From an uncultured virus (IMG/VR IMGVR_UViG_3300031413_000601) (lineage: Duplodnaviria; Heunggongvirae; Uroviricota; Caudoviricetes): a DNA stretch of 64,000 nt. The notes under the pieces are model-generated. The model did not search any database and was not told the origin of the DNA. It saw nothing but the letters and a program-made list of their open reading frames with translations. The stretch is taken from the IMG/VR virus record IMGVR_UViG_3300031413_000601. One strand, 5' to 3'. Of the stretch, positions 37,346 to 46,487 are shown in pieces (within the stretch, counting starts at the first letter, position 1; every line of letters starts with the position of its first letter). Made by a program: the position numbers and the translations under genes.

Positions 37346-37517
37346 CGCGCACCCCCGCAACGTACTGCGTGCGACCGGTCAGCGAATCGCGCACGGTGGA
37401 CACGGCAACGCCGAACTGGCGCGCAAGCGATTCGTAGCCGGCGCCGCGCACGCCCGGCTTGTGGGCCTCGCGTATCGCGCGCACTTGGTCATCGGTCATT
37501 GCTCGACGGCGCGTCAT
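37338..37517 (-). CDS. Small HTH protein (59 aa)
   Basis: Hand translation MTRRRAMTDDQVRAIRE...YESLARQFGVAVSTVRD; overlaps neighbours. Confidence 0.65.
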   Translation of the reverse strand: MTRRRAMTDDQVRAIREAHKPGVRGAGYESLARQFGVAVSTVRDSLTGRTQYVAGVRDA

Positions 37518-40144
37518 AATCCATTCTCCCCATCCATGGCTTCCATATCGAACAGCGTGGGCACGCTGAGTTGCTTCTCCATCGCCTGGCAGTAATGCAC
37601 CTGGTCGGCGAAGTAGGCAGGGTTGAGCTCGGAGCCACCGCCCAGGCGCCCCAGCTTCATCGCGCGCACCGGTACCGTGCCCAGGCCACAGAACGGGTCA
37701 TAGACCTTCTCGCCGGGGTTTGTGTATCGCACCACCAGCCGGTCCACGATATCGATCTGGAACGGGCACACGTGGTTCTCGACAGCGCGCGCGGACTGCT
37801 CGCCGTTCAAGGTGCGCATGCGAACGATGTCGTGCCAGACCATCGGATCGGCGCTGCCCGGCGCCAGGCTCATGTACGTGGCCGGCAACGTCTTGCTCGC
37901 CAGCATGGCCTCCGCCACGGCGACGTGGTACTCGTAGCTGTAGACGTTTTCCAACGACATGGCGGTGAACGTTTTGGCCAGCTTGGCCGGGCCGAAGGCG
38001 GCCAGCTCTTCCGCACTCAGCAGGCGGTCACCGCTCGAGCGCCAGAACGCATGCGCATCGACCTGCCAGCGCGCCACGCTGTACCCGGTACCAGGAATTG
38101 GCGCCAGCTTTCGGTCGAACGGCACGGCCGCCCCCTGCTCGTCCAGGCACTGCGGCTTGACCTTCGTGACCGGCGCGTCGGCATAGCCGCGCGAGCGGTC
38201 CGACTGCGGCTTGTGGAACAGCAGTATGTATTCCGGCGAGCCGACGCCCATCTTTGTGCCGTCCTTGCACACCTCGGAATAGCCCAGGCGGTAGGTCTGG
38301 TTGTTCTCGCGCACCACGTCGGTCACGACCGTGATCATGCCCATGTAGTCGAAGCCATGCTTGATGCCGTGGAACAGCGCCTCGGCGTGGAACGGGCTGA
38401 CGGTCGGCACGCCGGCGCCGGTCACGTTGCCGAAGTTGATCCGGTCCTTCACATGACAGGCGTAGATGCGGCCTGGCTGCAGGATACGCAGCAGCTGCGG
38501 CGTGAGAAAATCCATCTGCCGCCAGAAGTGGTCGTTGTCCTGGGTGTGGCCGAAATCGTTGTAGCTGGGCGTGTACTCGTAATGGTTGGCGAATGGGATG
38601 CTGGTGATGATCATGCCCACCGAGTTATCCGGCTGCTCCATCGCCTCCAGCACGCAGTCATTGTTCGCCACGGCAAAGCGCTCGCCGGCGACCGCGCGGC
38701 GCACGACGCCGATGGTGCGCGCCAGCGAGTCCTGCATGGAAAGTCCATCCAGCCCATACGTGCGGATGATGTCGCCCATCTTGGCCTGCATTTCCTCGTG
38801 CTGGCGCCACTTCATCTGCAGGTCGGCCAACACCTTGCGCTCGACCTCGGTGTGCACGATGTCGATGATGACCGGGTGCGCCTGCTGGAAGCGCTGTACG
38901 CGGTGGATGGCCTGGATGAAGTCGTTGAACTTGAAGCCGATGCCTGCGAAAATCTCGCGGTGGCAGTGCTGCTGGAAATTGCAGCCGCTGCCAGCGATGA
39001 TCGGCTTGGTAGACAGGATCTGCATCTTGCCGTCGCTGAAGTCGGCAATGCGTTGCTCGCGTTCGTCGATCTGCTGCGTGCCCCACACGCTCACGGCAGC
39101 CGGGATTGCCGCCTGAATGGCGTGGCGCTCGTCCTCCAGGTCGTGCCACACGAGGAAGTGATCAGCGGGATCCGCCGCGATGATCTCGGCCACCTTCGCG
39201 ACGCGCGCGGCCATGCTGTCGCGCTTCTCGCCGGCTGCCGCCGACAGGCCCATAGCGACATTCGGGATCAGCAGGCCTTGGCCGTTCTTCTCGGCGCCGG
39301 CCGTCGCGTAGTTGCTCGGCACTTCGTGGTACCGAACCTCGATCGGCGGCAGATCATAGCCCTCGTCCGAGTGGCCCAGGTCGCTCGGCTTCTGGATGAA
39401 CACCGCCCAGCTGGCCACCCACAACCAGAATTCATGCTCCTTGTGCTCGTACAAGGTCAGGTTGCCGGCCTTCTCGCTGTCGCGCTGGAAGAAACGGGTT
39501 AGCGCCTGGCCGGTGTCCATCACGCCGAGGTAGCCGGCGTAGTGGATCAGTTCCTTGAAGCGGTTGGGGCTCGGCGTGGCGGTGTAGACGAACTTGAATT
39601 CGACCGGCGCGAACATCGGCAGGAACTCCTGGTAAGTCTTGCTGCCATAGCTGCGCAGCACGCTCGCCTCGTCCAGGCCGGATGCCTGCCACTTCGTCAC
39701 GTCCACCTTGGCTTCGCGCACTGATTCGTAATTCGTCATGTAGATCGTCGCCGGATCGTCGATCTCAGCATCCGAGCGGATGAAGCGCAAGTCGATGGCC
39801 TCGTCGCCACTGAAGCGTTTCGCCACCTCGCGCGAGAACTCTTGGCGCACGCCCAGCGGTGCGACGATGCCACGGATGCCGCCCGGCCGGTGAATGCCGA
39901 TCTGGCGCATCACCTCCAGATTGGTGCTGGTCTTGTGCAGGCCGAACGACGCGAACACGGCGCGCTGGCCGCCGGCGAGTGCCCATCGCACGATCTGGCG
40001 GGTGTGCGGCTTGAGGCCCGGGTGGATCTGGTCCAGAGGCACGTCGAAGCCCTTCGACGGCGCCAGGCGGATTTTGTCGCGCAGGAACTGGCTATATTCG
40101 GCCTGGATCAGGTGCTTTTGTTCTTCGCTGTTGAATGCGCTCAT
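37514..40144 (-). CDS. SF2/SNF2-like helicase fused to N4/N6-type DNA methyltransferase
   Basis: FGLHKT, LDEAS, TATPSPN, QAIHRVQRFQQ; then TSIPF and YDPFCGLGT (beta-class motif order). Confidence 0.88.
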   Translation of the reverse strand: MSAFNSEEQKHLIQAEYSQFLRDKIRLAPSKGFDVPLDQIHPGLKPHTRQIVRWALAGGQRAVFASFGLHKTSTNLEVMRQIGIHRPGGIRGIVAPLGVRQEFSREVAKRFSGDEAIDLRFIRSDAEIDDPATIYMTNYESVREAKVDVTKWQASGLDEASVLRSYGSKTYQEFLPMFAPVEFKFVYTATPSPNRFKELIHYAGYLGVMDTGQALTRFFQRDSEKAGNLTLYEHKEHEFWLWVASWAVFIQKPSDLGHSDEGYDLPPIEVRYHEVPSNYATAGAEKNGQGLLIPNVAMGLSAAAGEKRDSMAARVAKVAEIIAADPADHFLVWHDLEDERHAIQAAIPAAVSVWGTQQIDEREQRIADFSDGKMQILSTKPIIAGSGCNFQQHCHREIFAGIGFKFNDFIQAIHRVQRFQQAHPVIIDIVHTEVERKVLADLQMKWRQHEEMQAKMGDIIRTYGLDGLSMQDSLARTIGVVRRAVAGERFAVANNDCVLEAMEQPDNSVGMIITSIPFANHYEYTPSYNDFGHTQDNDHFWRQMDFLTPQLLRILQPGRIYACHVKDRINFGNVTGAGVPTVSPFHAEALFHGIKHGFDYMGMITVVTDVVRENNQTYRLGYSEVCKDGTKMGVGSPEYILLFHKPQSDRSRGYADAPVTKVKPQCLDEQGAAVPFDRKLAPIPGTGYSVARWQVDAHAFWRSSGDRLLSAEELAAFGPAKLAKTFTAMSLENVYSYEYHVAVAEAMLASKTLPATYMSLAPGSADPMVWHDIVRMRTLNGEQSARAVENHVCPFQIDIVDRLVVRYTNPGEKVYDPFCGLGTVPVRAMKLGRLGGGSELNPAYFADQVHYCQAMEKQLSVPTLFDMEAMDGENGL

Positions 40145-40168
40145 GTCATTTCCGTAAAGTTGGTACTG

Positions 40169-40516
40169 CTAAAATTTTTCGATTTTCCAGCCGCCGCCGG
40201 CCGATTTCGGCACAACCTGGACGGCGACGAATTGGAGCGGGTACATGCCGGCGGCGATTTTGATCTTGGCGCGCGCGTCGTCCTGCCAGAAGCCCTTTAC
40301 CTCGTGCGCTTCGAGCGCGCCGCTGGCCAGCATCACCGCGAAGTCGGGCGTGTAAAACGTGTTGTCCGCAAGGCGGAATTTCAGCCCTTCGAACTTGAAC
40401 CACGCCACCTCGCCGGCGGCGCGCCGCAGATCCAGAGTGGCGGCGTACGCGGCCTCGGTCTTATTCATAGCGCCGACCTTCAGGCGGCCGAGCGCCTGCA
40501 ATCCTCGCTTCATCAT
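40169..40516 (-). CDS. DUF1064-like PD-(D/E)xK nuclease
   Basis: MNKTEAAY, YTPDF, HEVKGFW. Confidence 0.8.
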   Translation of the reverse strand: MMKRGLQALGRLKVGAMNKTEAAYAATLDLRRAAGEVAWFKFEGLKFRLADNTFYTPDFAVMLASGALEAHEVKGFWQDDARAKIKIAAGMYPLQFVAVQVVPKSAGGGWKIEKF

Positions 40517-40962
40517 TCGATCAGACCTTCCATTCGTAAAAATGTGTGTGTGAGGCCAATGCCGGCGCGGAACGCCTCGTCGACCTGATCTTTCGACAGC
40601 CACGCCGGGCGCGGCCGGCGACCATCAAGCACGTCGTGACACGCGCTGCAACCGAACGCAGCGGCCGTATCAGGCGCCTTGATGCCCATGCCCTTGCCGT
40701 CCGCCAGCGAATTGCTGTGGCACAGGACGGACGTGGCCGGGTCGCGGTTGCAGATGCCGGGAAGTTGGATAGTGCAGTCTTGGTTGCGCGCGGCCCTGCG
40801 GATCGGCGTCATCTTCGGCCGCGTCGACTTCATCGGCTTGTGCTTCTTCTCGCGGTCGAAGGATTGGACGCGCAGCAGGCCCGTGGTGTTGGCCGGCTTA
40901 CGCGCGAATGCAACACGCTTCATCGGCGCGCTGCTGGGCTTCATGAGGGAACGGCGCATCAT
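40513..40962 (-). CDS. DUF1364/YbcO-like nuclease-domain protein
   Basis: ARNQDCTIQLPGIC, VLCH, GMGIKAPD, CSACHD. Confidence 0.82.
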   Translation of the reverse strand: MMRRSLMKPSSAPMKRVAFARKPANTTGLLRVQSFDREKKHKPMKSTRPKMTPIRRAARNQDCTIQLPGICNRDPATSVLCHSNSLADGKGMGIKAPDTAAAFGCSACHDVLDGRRPRPAWLSKDQVDEAFRAGIGLTHTFLRMEGLIE

Positions 40963-40994
40963 GCTACGATCAGCTTTTCGAGGAAAGGTTGGCC

Positions 40995-41495
40995 ATGACG
41001 ATTTACATTGGCGGAGGAAAAAGGTTTGGGTTTGATCATCCTTCCGAGTTTTACGATAAATTGGAGTGGGAGTTTGAACAGGTCATGAAAGCCGGCTTCG
41101 TTCCCGGTCGAGAAATCTCGTTTCACTTCATGAACTTCGTCATTACGGCTTGGCATTTGGCTGATTGGACTTATCCCCACTTGCCGAAGGAATTCGCGGC
41201 TCAGTTTTTGAAGAAATCTGATTTCGCCCGATGGACGAAGAAGCAGTGCCGCGCACTTGCGGCCTGTCACATGATCGCAAACACGAGCAAGCATTTCGGA
41301 ATAGACAAAGACGACGAGCCGCGTATCGAACTCGTGGCAATGCCCGGTTGGGACGAAGTTCATAATGAAACGCCCATGCGCCACATGATGGCGATCGTCA
41401 TCGACGGAAAAATTCTTGCACTGGATGACTTCGCTAGGCAAGTTGTTACTTTTTGGCAGTTGTTCCTTCAATCTAAAGGTCTCTTGAACGAATAG
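40995..41495 (+). CDS. Antisense moron, possibly HEPN-like
   Basis: Lower GC, opposite strand, NFVITAWHLADW and IANTSKH. Confidence 0.65.
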   Translation: MTIYIGGGKRFGFDHPSEFYDKLEWEFEQVMKAGFVPGREISFHFMNFVITAWHLADWTYPHLPKEFAAQFLKKSDFARWTKKQCRALAACHMIANTSKHFGIDKDDEPRIELVAMPGWDEVHNETPMRHMMAIVIDGKILALDDFARQVVTFWQLFLQSKGLLNE

Positions 41496-41512
41496 CGGAA
41501 AGTGATTTACTT

Positions 41513-42742
41513 TCATTTGTCGCCTTCCGAGAATAAACGTGGTTGCACAGCGCCGTTCGCGTAAACGGTATCCATGATCGTGGTGGCAATCGGCTCATCG
41601 CCATCCCAGCCGTCGGGCCAGGTCTCCAAGGCGATCAGCTCGCGAATGCGCGCCTCTTCCTCGTCGTTGATCAGGTCCACCACCGGCCGGCGCAGCGCGT
41701 GCGCGGCGGCGTTTATCTCGGCCTGGACGCCCAGGATCGTCTCCAGGCCCATAAGGCGCGCCTCGAATGTGAGCGGCCCCATGCGCTGCGGGTTGGCAGC
41801 CTGTTTCCCTGACTTGAGGATTTCCAACCCGGCTTTGCGCAGCCGGTGCTCAGGCTTACGCAGTTCGCGCCACAGCGGCTTGATGCGCTTGAGTGGCGCC
41901 AGATATGCCCATTGCGGGTTCAGCAGGATGTTGTCGAGCGCCATGTCGGTATCGACCAGCGGGCAGCCCGTGCAGCCGGTGCGCGCGTTGATTTCCTCCG
42001 CCTCGTCGCCGCCGTAGGCCTCGGCGATAGCGGCCGTGCTCCAGTCGCCGAATTCATCCTGCGGCGCCCAGTGGCGCAGCCACTCCCATACGTGGCAGAC
42101 GCGCCAGTGCAGCAGCGGCGCCAGCGTGGCCAGGCGGCCGCGCAGTCCCTTGGCGTTCGGCAGCACCTGCTGATACCAACCCTGCCCGCATTCGGCGCCG
42201 TCCTTGCTACAACTCATCTCGATGCGCTGGTCGCGGATCGCGCTCTCACCCTGGCGCACGCCAGTGATCATCAGCACCTGGCCGTCGAGCTGTGCCAGGC
42301 GCTGCTCCAACGCGTGCTGCATCGGATCGATCTTGATCTGGCGCGTGCACCAGCGCAGCGTGTTGTTGTTCGGCGGCGGCACTCCGCGCCCGAGGATGTA
42401 GACCATGAACCGCTTGTCCATCGGCGCCGTGACCACTTCGACCTGGATGCCGCGCTCGCGTAGCTCGTCCATGATCTGCTGCGCCGAGATGGCCAGTGGC
42501 GGCAGTTCCTGGCGCGTGTCCGCATAGAACACGGTGAGCGTCTTCGGGCGCGGCACCCGGCCGGTGTCGAGTAGCCAGGTGATCAGCGTCAACGTCGCGC
42601 TGCTGTCCTTGCCGCCCGACCAGGCAATGCCCCAATGTTCGTGCGTGGCGCCGTAGGCAAGCAGCGACTGGATGGTGAGTTCGATGGAATCGGTCATTTG
42701 CAGACGGACGGCGCTTGCGGCGAAGATATCGGTCTGGTTCAT
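41513..42742 (-). CDS. DndC-like PAPS-reductase-family PP-loop protein
   Basis: SGGKDS, DT..E.P, ILGRGVPPP...RWCT..IKIDP, GVRQGES..R, RTGCTGC, GP.T.EAR, DLI..EE...IR. Confidence 0.85.
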   Translation of the reverse strand: MNQTDIFAASAVRLQMTDSIELTIQSLLAYGATHEHWGIAWSGGKDSSATLTLITWLLDTGRVPRPKTLTVFYADTRQELPPLAISAQQIMDELRERGIQVEVVTAPMDKRFMVYILGRGVPPPNNNTLRWCTRQIKIDPMQHALEQRLAQLDGQVLMITGVRQGESAIRDQRIEMSCSKDGAECGQGWYQQVLPNAKGLRGRLATLAPLLHWRVCHVWEWLRHWAPQDEFGDWSTAAIAEAYGGDEAEEINARTGCTGCPLVDTDMALDNILLNPQWAYLAPLKRIKPLWRELRKPEHRLRKAGLEILKSGKQAANPQRMGPLTFEARLMGLETILGVQAEINAAAHALRRPVVDLINDEEEARIRELIALETWPDGWDGDEPIATTIMDTVYANGAVQPRLFSEGDK

Positions 42743-42774
42743 GATACGCTCGCCAATTTTAGGAAAGCATCACC

Positions 42775-42984
42775 ATGGAACGAAGCCGAATTGTGGAAAT
42801 TATTGATATTCGTGGCCGTGATGTAACCATCACGCTGGTTGAGAGCGATGACGGCACATGGTCGACGGGAGTTGCGGTCGACGGGAGCACCGTTACAACC
42901 ATGCCGCAAGAAGTCACGAGTAAGGAAAAGGCGCGCGACTACGCAATCGGCGTGGCCAGCGAAATTATCGGAGTGCAGACGTAG
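42775..42984 (+). CDS. Small acidic antisense moron
   Basis: 69 aa, AGGA upstream. Confidence 0.55.
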   Translation: MERSRIVEIIDIRGRDVTITLVESDDGTWSTGVAVDGSTVTTMPQEVTSKEKARDYAIGVASEIIGVQT

Positions 42985-43007
42985 GCGCAATCTTCCCGAC
43001 GGGATAT

Positions 43008-43439
43008 TCATATTTTCGCTCCCAGCGCCCGGCTCATAGCAGCGTAGTTCAAACCGGCCAACTTGCAACCGTCTTGGGTGGCGTGAAAGTAGCGCAGGTC
43101 AAGCAGCGCGGCGCCGGCGCGCACGAAGCCAGCGGCGACCAGGCGCTCGAGCGCGGCCAAATCGCGGCGGTTGGCCAGGTACTGGTTGCGGAAGCCCCAG
43201 CGCGACTGCGGGTGGTGCGACGGGGCGCCCAGCATGTGGTGCAGGATGTCGAGGTCGTCATCCTGCAGGGTTGCGACGCGGGCGGCAAACAGGCAGGCAA
43301 CGCAGTGTTGGTGCTGCACCAGTTGCTTGGCCGGCGCGGCCTTGCCGCAAGCGCAGCGCTGGGCCTTGAGCACTGGCGCGGGCTTTTCGTTGGCGATGGC
43401 GCGGTGGCGGCGCTCTTCGCGGGAGAGGTCGTATATCAT
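43008..43439 (-). CDS. Hypothetical protein
   Basis: CACG...CVAC then ILHHMLG...GFRNQY; AAGGA RBS. Confidence 0.65.
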   Translation of the reverse strand: MIYDLSREERRHRAIANEKPAPVLKAQRCACGKAAPAKQLVQHQHCVACLFAARVATLQDDDLDILHHMLGAPSHHPQSRWGFRNQYLANRRDLAALERLVAAGFVRAGAALLDLRYFHATQDGCKLAGLNYAAMSRALGAKI

Positions 43440-43474
43440 GATACGATTCCTTTTTCATAATTTTTGAGGTTCAA

Positions 43475-43888
43475 ATGAAAGCTGCAACCGTGGTGGAGCC
43501 CTACCGAGAATTTGAGATCGAGATCACAACAACTCCTATGCAGGACAACACGTGGACCGCTCACGTAATAGTCAGATATCAAGGAAGACAAGTCGGAATG
43601 ACGCAGCTGGATGGGAATTTCGCGACCCAAAAAGATGCTGCAAAGCTGGCTCTCCTCTCGGGCCGTAATTTTGCAGAGACTTGGCGTGCAAAAAAATCTG
43701 CGGAGCAAAGCGCGGCTGGCACGATAGTGCTTGTCGGCTCTTTCTTCTACGAATTCCCTTCGGCTGAGGAAGCCAAAGCAGCGCTCCAGTGGCTGTTCGA
43801 CAGCGATGCCACGGCGGAAGAATTCGACATTAAATTTGCGGGATTTCGGTATATGGCCATCAGTGTTGGCAACCGATTCACGATCTAG
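43475..43888 (+). CDS. Antisense moron, hypothetical
   Basis: 137 aa, GAGG RBS, lower GC. Confidence 0.65.
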   Translation: MKAATVVEPYREFEIEITTTPMQDNTWTAHVIVRYQGRQVGMTQLDGNFATQKDAAKLALLSGRNFAETWRAKKSAEQSAAGTIVLVGSFFYEFPSAEEAKAALQWLFDSDATAEEFDIKFAGFRYMAISVGNRFTI

Positions 43889-43899
43889 TGCAAAGATAA

Positions 43900-44307
43900 T
43901 CACGCAGCCACCCAACCCACTTCACACTCATGCGTAAAGTTCGCCTGAATTAGTGCCCGCGCCATCGGCGGGCGGCTCTTCGTGGCCTTCTCCGTCTTTG
44001 AGCGCAAAGCGTTTGCGCACGGCGTAGAGCATGATTTCGCTCGGGCGCGCTTTGTCGGCGCCGGCGTGAATGTCTTTCCGCAATGCTGGCAGGCCAACTG
44101 CAGCGGATGTTTCTGCTTATGCTCAGCCATATGATCCTTGGCCGTCATTACCACCAAGTTGCTGATGTCGTTGTTCCGGATATTTTCATCACGGTGATGC
44201 ACCTGTTCACCCGGCAAAAGCGCGCGGCCAAGGTGCTGCTCCATGATGTGCCGATGCTTCAACTTGGTTTTCCCGTCGACCTCCACGGTGAGGTATCGAT
44301 AAGTCAT
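43900..44307 (-). CDS. HNH homing-endonuclease-like protein with zinc finger
   Basis: HRHIMEQHLGR.L...EQVHHRDEN..NN...NL, then CQHCGKTF...CSTPC. Confidence 0.88.
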   Translation of the reverse strand: MTYRYLTVEVDGKTKLKHRHIMEQHLGRALLPGEQVHHRDENIRNNDISNLVVMTAKDHMAEHKQKHPLQLACQHCGKTFTPAPTKRARAKSCSTPCANALRSKTEKATKSRPPMARALIQANFTHECEVGWVAA

Positions 44308-46487
44308 GCTGCGGCCCCTTGAATAAGCTTTTCGTGTGAAAAATTGGCGAAGATGAGTGCTCGGGCCATCGGAGGGCAGACAGAATTTCCGACCATGCGT
44401 ACCTGGGCTGACTTCGTGAGCGCCACGCGCGGCAGGTCCAGCGGGTTGCCGTCCACCTGGCGGCCGTCTTTGAATAACAGCGCCGGATCTGGGATTTCGC
44501 GGATCACGTAGTCTGCCGGGAAGCCCTGGGCGCGATACAACTCCGCCGGATCCAGCATGCGCAGGCCGATGTCCACGATCTGGTAGTCCACGCCCTGGAT
44601 TGTGACCAGGCCGAACCGGTCGCGGCTGGTCACGGTAGCCAGCGGAGAATCTGGCGACTGATCCTGATCGGTTCCGTAGTACGCGAGCAGGAAGGCGCGC
44701 ACCTCGGCGTGGTGCTGGCCGCCGGCGCTGATTGTGTGAAGCGGCTCTTCGACGCTGGCCGTGCTGCTGGTGCCGCGCAACTTCACCAGGCTGCTGGTAA
44801 CGATGCCGGCAGTGGCGCCGCTCGCGGTGATCGTATTAATCGGATGCTCGACGTCGCGGATGCCGTGGCTGAAACGTTTGCCGCCTTCCTTGCCTTCGCC
44901 GTGGCCCATATGACTCAGGTTCGCCGTCACTACCGCATGGCGATTCTCCGTAGTGATGGTTTTTACTGGCTCATCGGGCAAGTGGCCGCGAGCGTCGGTC
45001 GGGCGCTTATCGCTGTAGTAAGGCTGCAAGTGCGCCGCCACCAGGCTGTGGTGGTCGCAGCTGGTGATGGTGCCGATTGGGTCGTCTAGATCGGAGCCGA
45101 CGACGCCGGTGTAATGCTTCGCAAGGAAAGCGGTTGCCAGGGCCTGATTGCCGGCGGCCGTGATCGTAGGCACTGGCGCCGTGGCCTCTGCCCCAGGATG
45201 GCCCGTGGTGTTGGTCATCACGAACGGCGCCAGTTCCACGGTGGAAACCGAAAAGTGGCCGCCCTTCACCTGGGCACAGACTGTGCGCAGCGGCTCGTCC
45301 ACGGCCATCACGCGCTGGTTGGCGGCGTTGGCGTGTTCGTTCAAGAATGCGCTGACCAGCGCAGCCTTGCCGCCGCCAGCGGTGATCGTGCCCAACGGCT
45401 TCTCGATGTCGAGCGCGCGCGGCGCCTGGCCCTCACGCTCACCGTAGCCGACCTGCACCATCGAGGCCACGGCCAGCGCCTTCTCGCCGCGCTGCGCGCC
45501 GGTGATGGTGCGGAACGGCTCGTGAACGGATTCATTGCGGTCGCTGCCCTGGTGCGTCACCGGAACAATGGTCGGCACGACCACGGCGCGGTGGTTCTCT
45601 GTGGTCAGCGTGCCGAACGGCTGCGCAGCTGGCACCGGCTTGCCGGAATAGATCGGGCCACCCTGCCCCACAATGAACGGCGCGGGCGCGTCCACCACGT
45701 AGCGCATGATGCCCTTGGCGATGCGCCGCAGCGTGGCCGGCGCCAGCGGGCGCTTGCGCTCGAAGATCGATGGGCAAGCAATATCCCAGTCGATGCATTC
45801 GGCGGCCGTGCGGTGCGGCAGCAACTTCCCGGCCAGGACGCCGGGCGAGGTCGGCGCGCCGTGCGTCGGCGCCGGCCAGCGGATAGGAAGGCCATCGCGA
45901 CGAGCGACCAGGAAGAAGCGCTTGCGAATGGTTGGGGTGTCGTAGTCGCTGGCGCGCAGCTCGCGGTGGTCGACCATGTAGCCATGGGCGCGCAGCTGGC
46001 GCAGGAAGCTCTCGAACGTTTTGCCTTTCTTCGCCGGGTCCGGACGGAAATTACCGTCAGCGTCTACAAGCAGTGGGCCCCAGGTCTTAAATTCTTCGAC
46101 GTTCTCGAGCATGATCACGCGCGGCTTGCACTTCGCAGCCCAGCGCAGTGTTACCCATGCCAAACCGCGAATATTCTTCGCCACCGGTGTGCCGCCCTTG
46201 GCTTTGCTGAAATGCTTGCAGTCAGGCGACAGCCAGACCAAGCCCACGGGCTGGTTGTTCGTCACCTTGATAGGGTCGACGTCCCACACGCTCTCGCACA
46301 GGTGCTTCGTGTGCGGGTGGTTCATGGCGTGCATCGCCAGCGCTTCGGGGTCGTGGTTGATAGCGATATCGACCGGACGGCCGAACGCTTCTTCCAGGCC
46401 GGTGCTGGTGCCGCCGCCACCGGCGAAGTTGTCGATTATCAGCTCGTGGCCCAGATCTAGGGACATGGTGAAATCATCGCGCCTCAT
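44304..46487 (-). CDS. C5 cytosine DNA methyltransferase with expanded repeat region
   Basis: DNFAGGGG, SPDC, ENV, R.RFF, ELYRAQGFP, GNSV. Confidence 0.93.
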   Translation of the reverse strand: MRRDDFTMSLDLGHELIIDNFAGGGGTSTGLEEAFGRPVDIAINHDPEALAMHAMNHPHTKHLCESVWDVDPIKVTNNQPVGLVWLSPDCKHFSKAKGGTPVAKNIRGLAWVTLRWAAKCKPRVIMLENVEEFKTWGPLLVDADGNFRPDPAKKGKTFESFLRQLRAHGYMVDHRELRASDYDTPTIRKRFFLVARRDGLPIRWPAPTHGAPTSPGVLAGKLLPHRTAAECIDWDIACPSIFERKRPLAPATLRRIAKGIMRYVVDAPAPFIVGQGGPIYSGKPVPAAQPFGTLTTENHRAVVVPTIVPVTHQGSDRNESVHEPFRTITGAQRGEKALAVASMVQVGYGEREGQAPRALDIEKPLGTITAGGGKAALVSAFLNEHANAANQRVMAVDEPLRTVCAQVKGGHFSVSTVELAPFVMTNTTGHPGAEATAPVPTITAAGNQALATAFLAKHYTGVVGSDLDDPIGTITSCDHHSLVAAHLQPYYSDKRPTDARGHLPDEPVKTITTENRHAVVTANLSHMGHGEGKEGGKRFSHGIRDVEHPINTITASGATAGIVTSSLVKLRGTSSTASVEEPLHTISAGGQHHAEVRAFLLAYYGTDQDQSPDSPLATVTSRDRFGLVTIQGVDYQIVDIGLRMLDPAELYRAQGFPADYVIREIPDPALLFKDGRQVDGNPLDLPRVALTKSAQVRMVGNSVCPPMARALIFANFSHEKLIQGAAA

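Noticed and set aside
41513..42742. Complete dnd phosphorothioation operon or metabolic cysH
   Set aside because: No partner dnd, ssp or cys genes in the window; reported only as DndC-like
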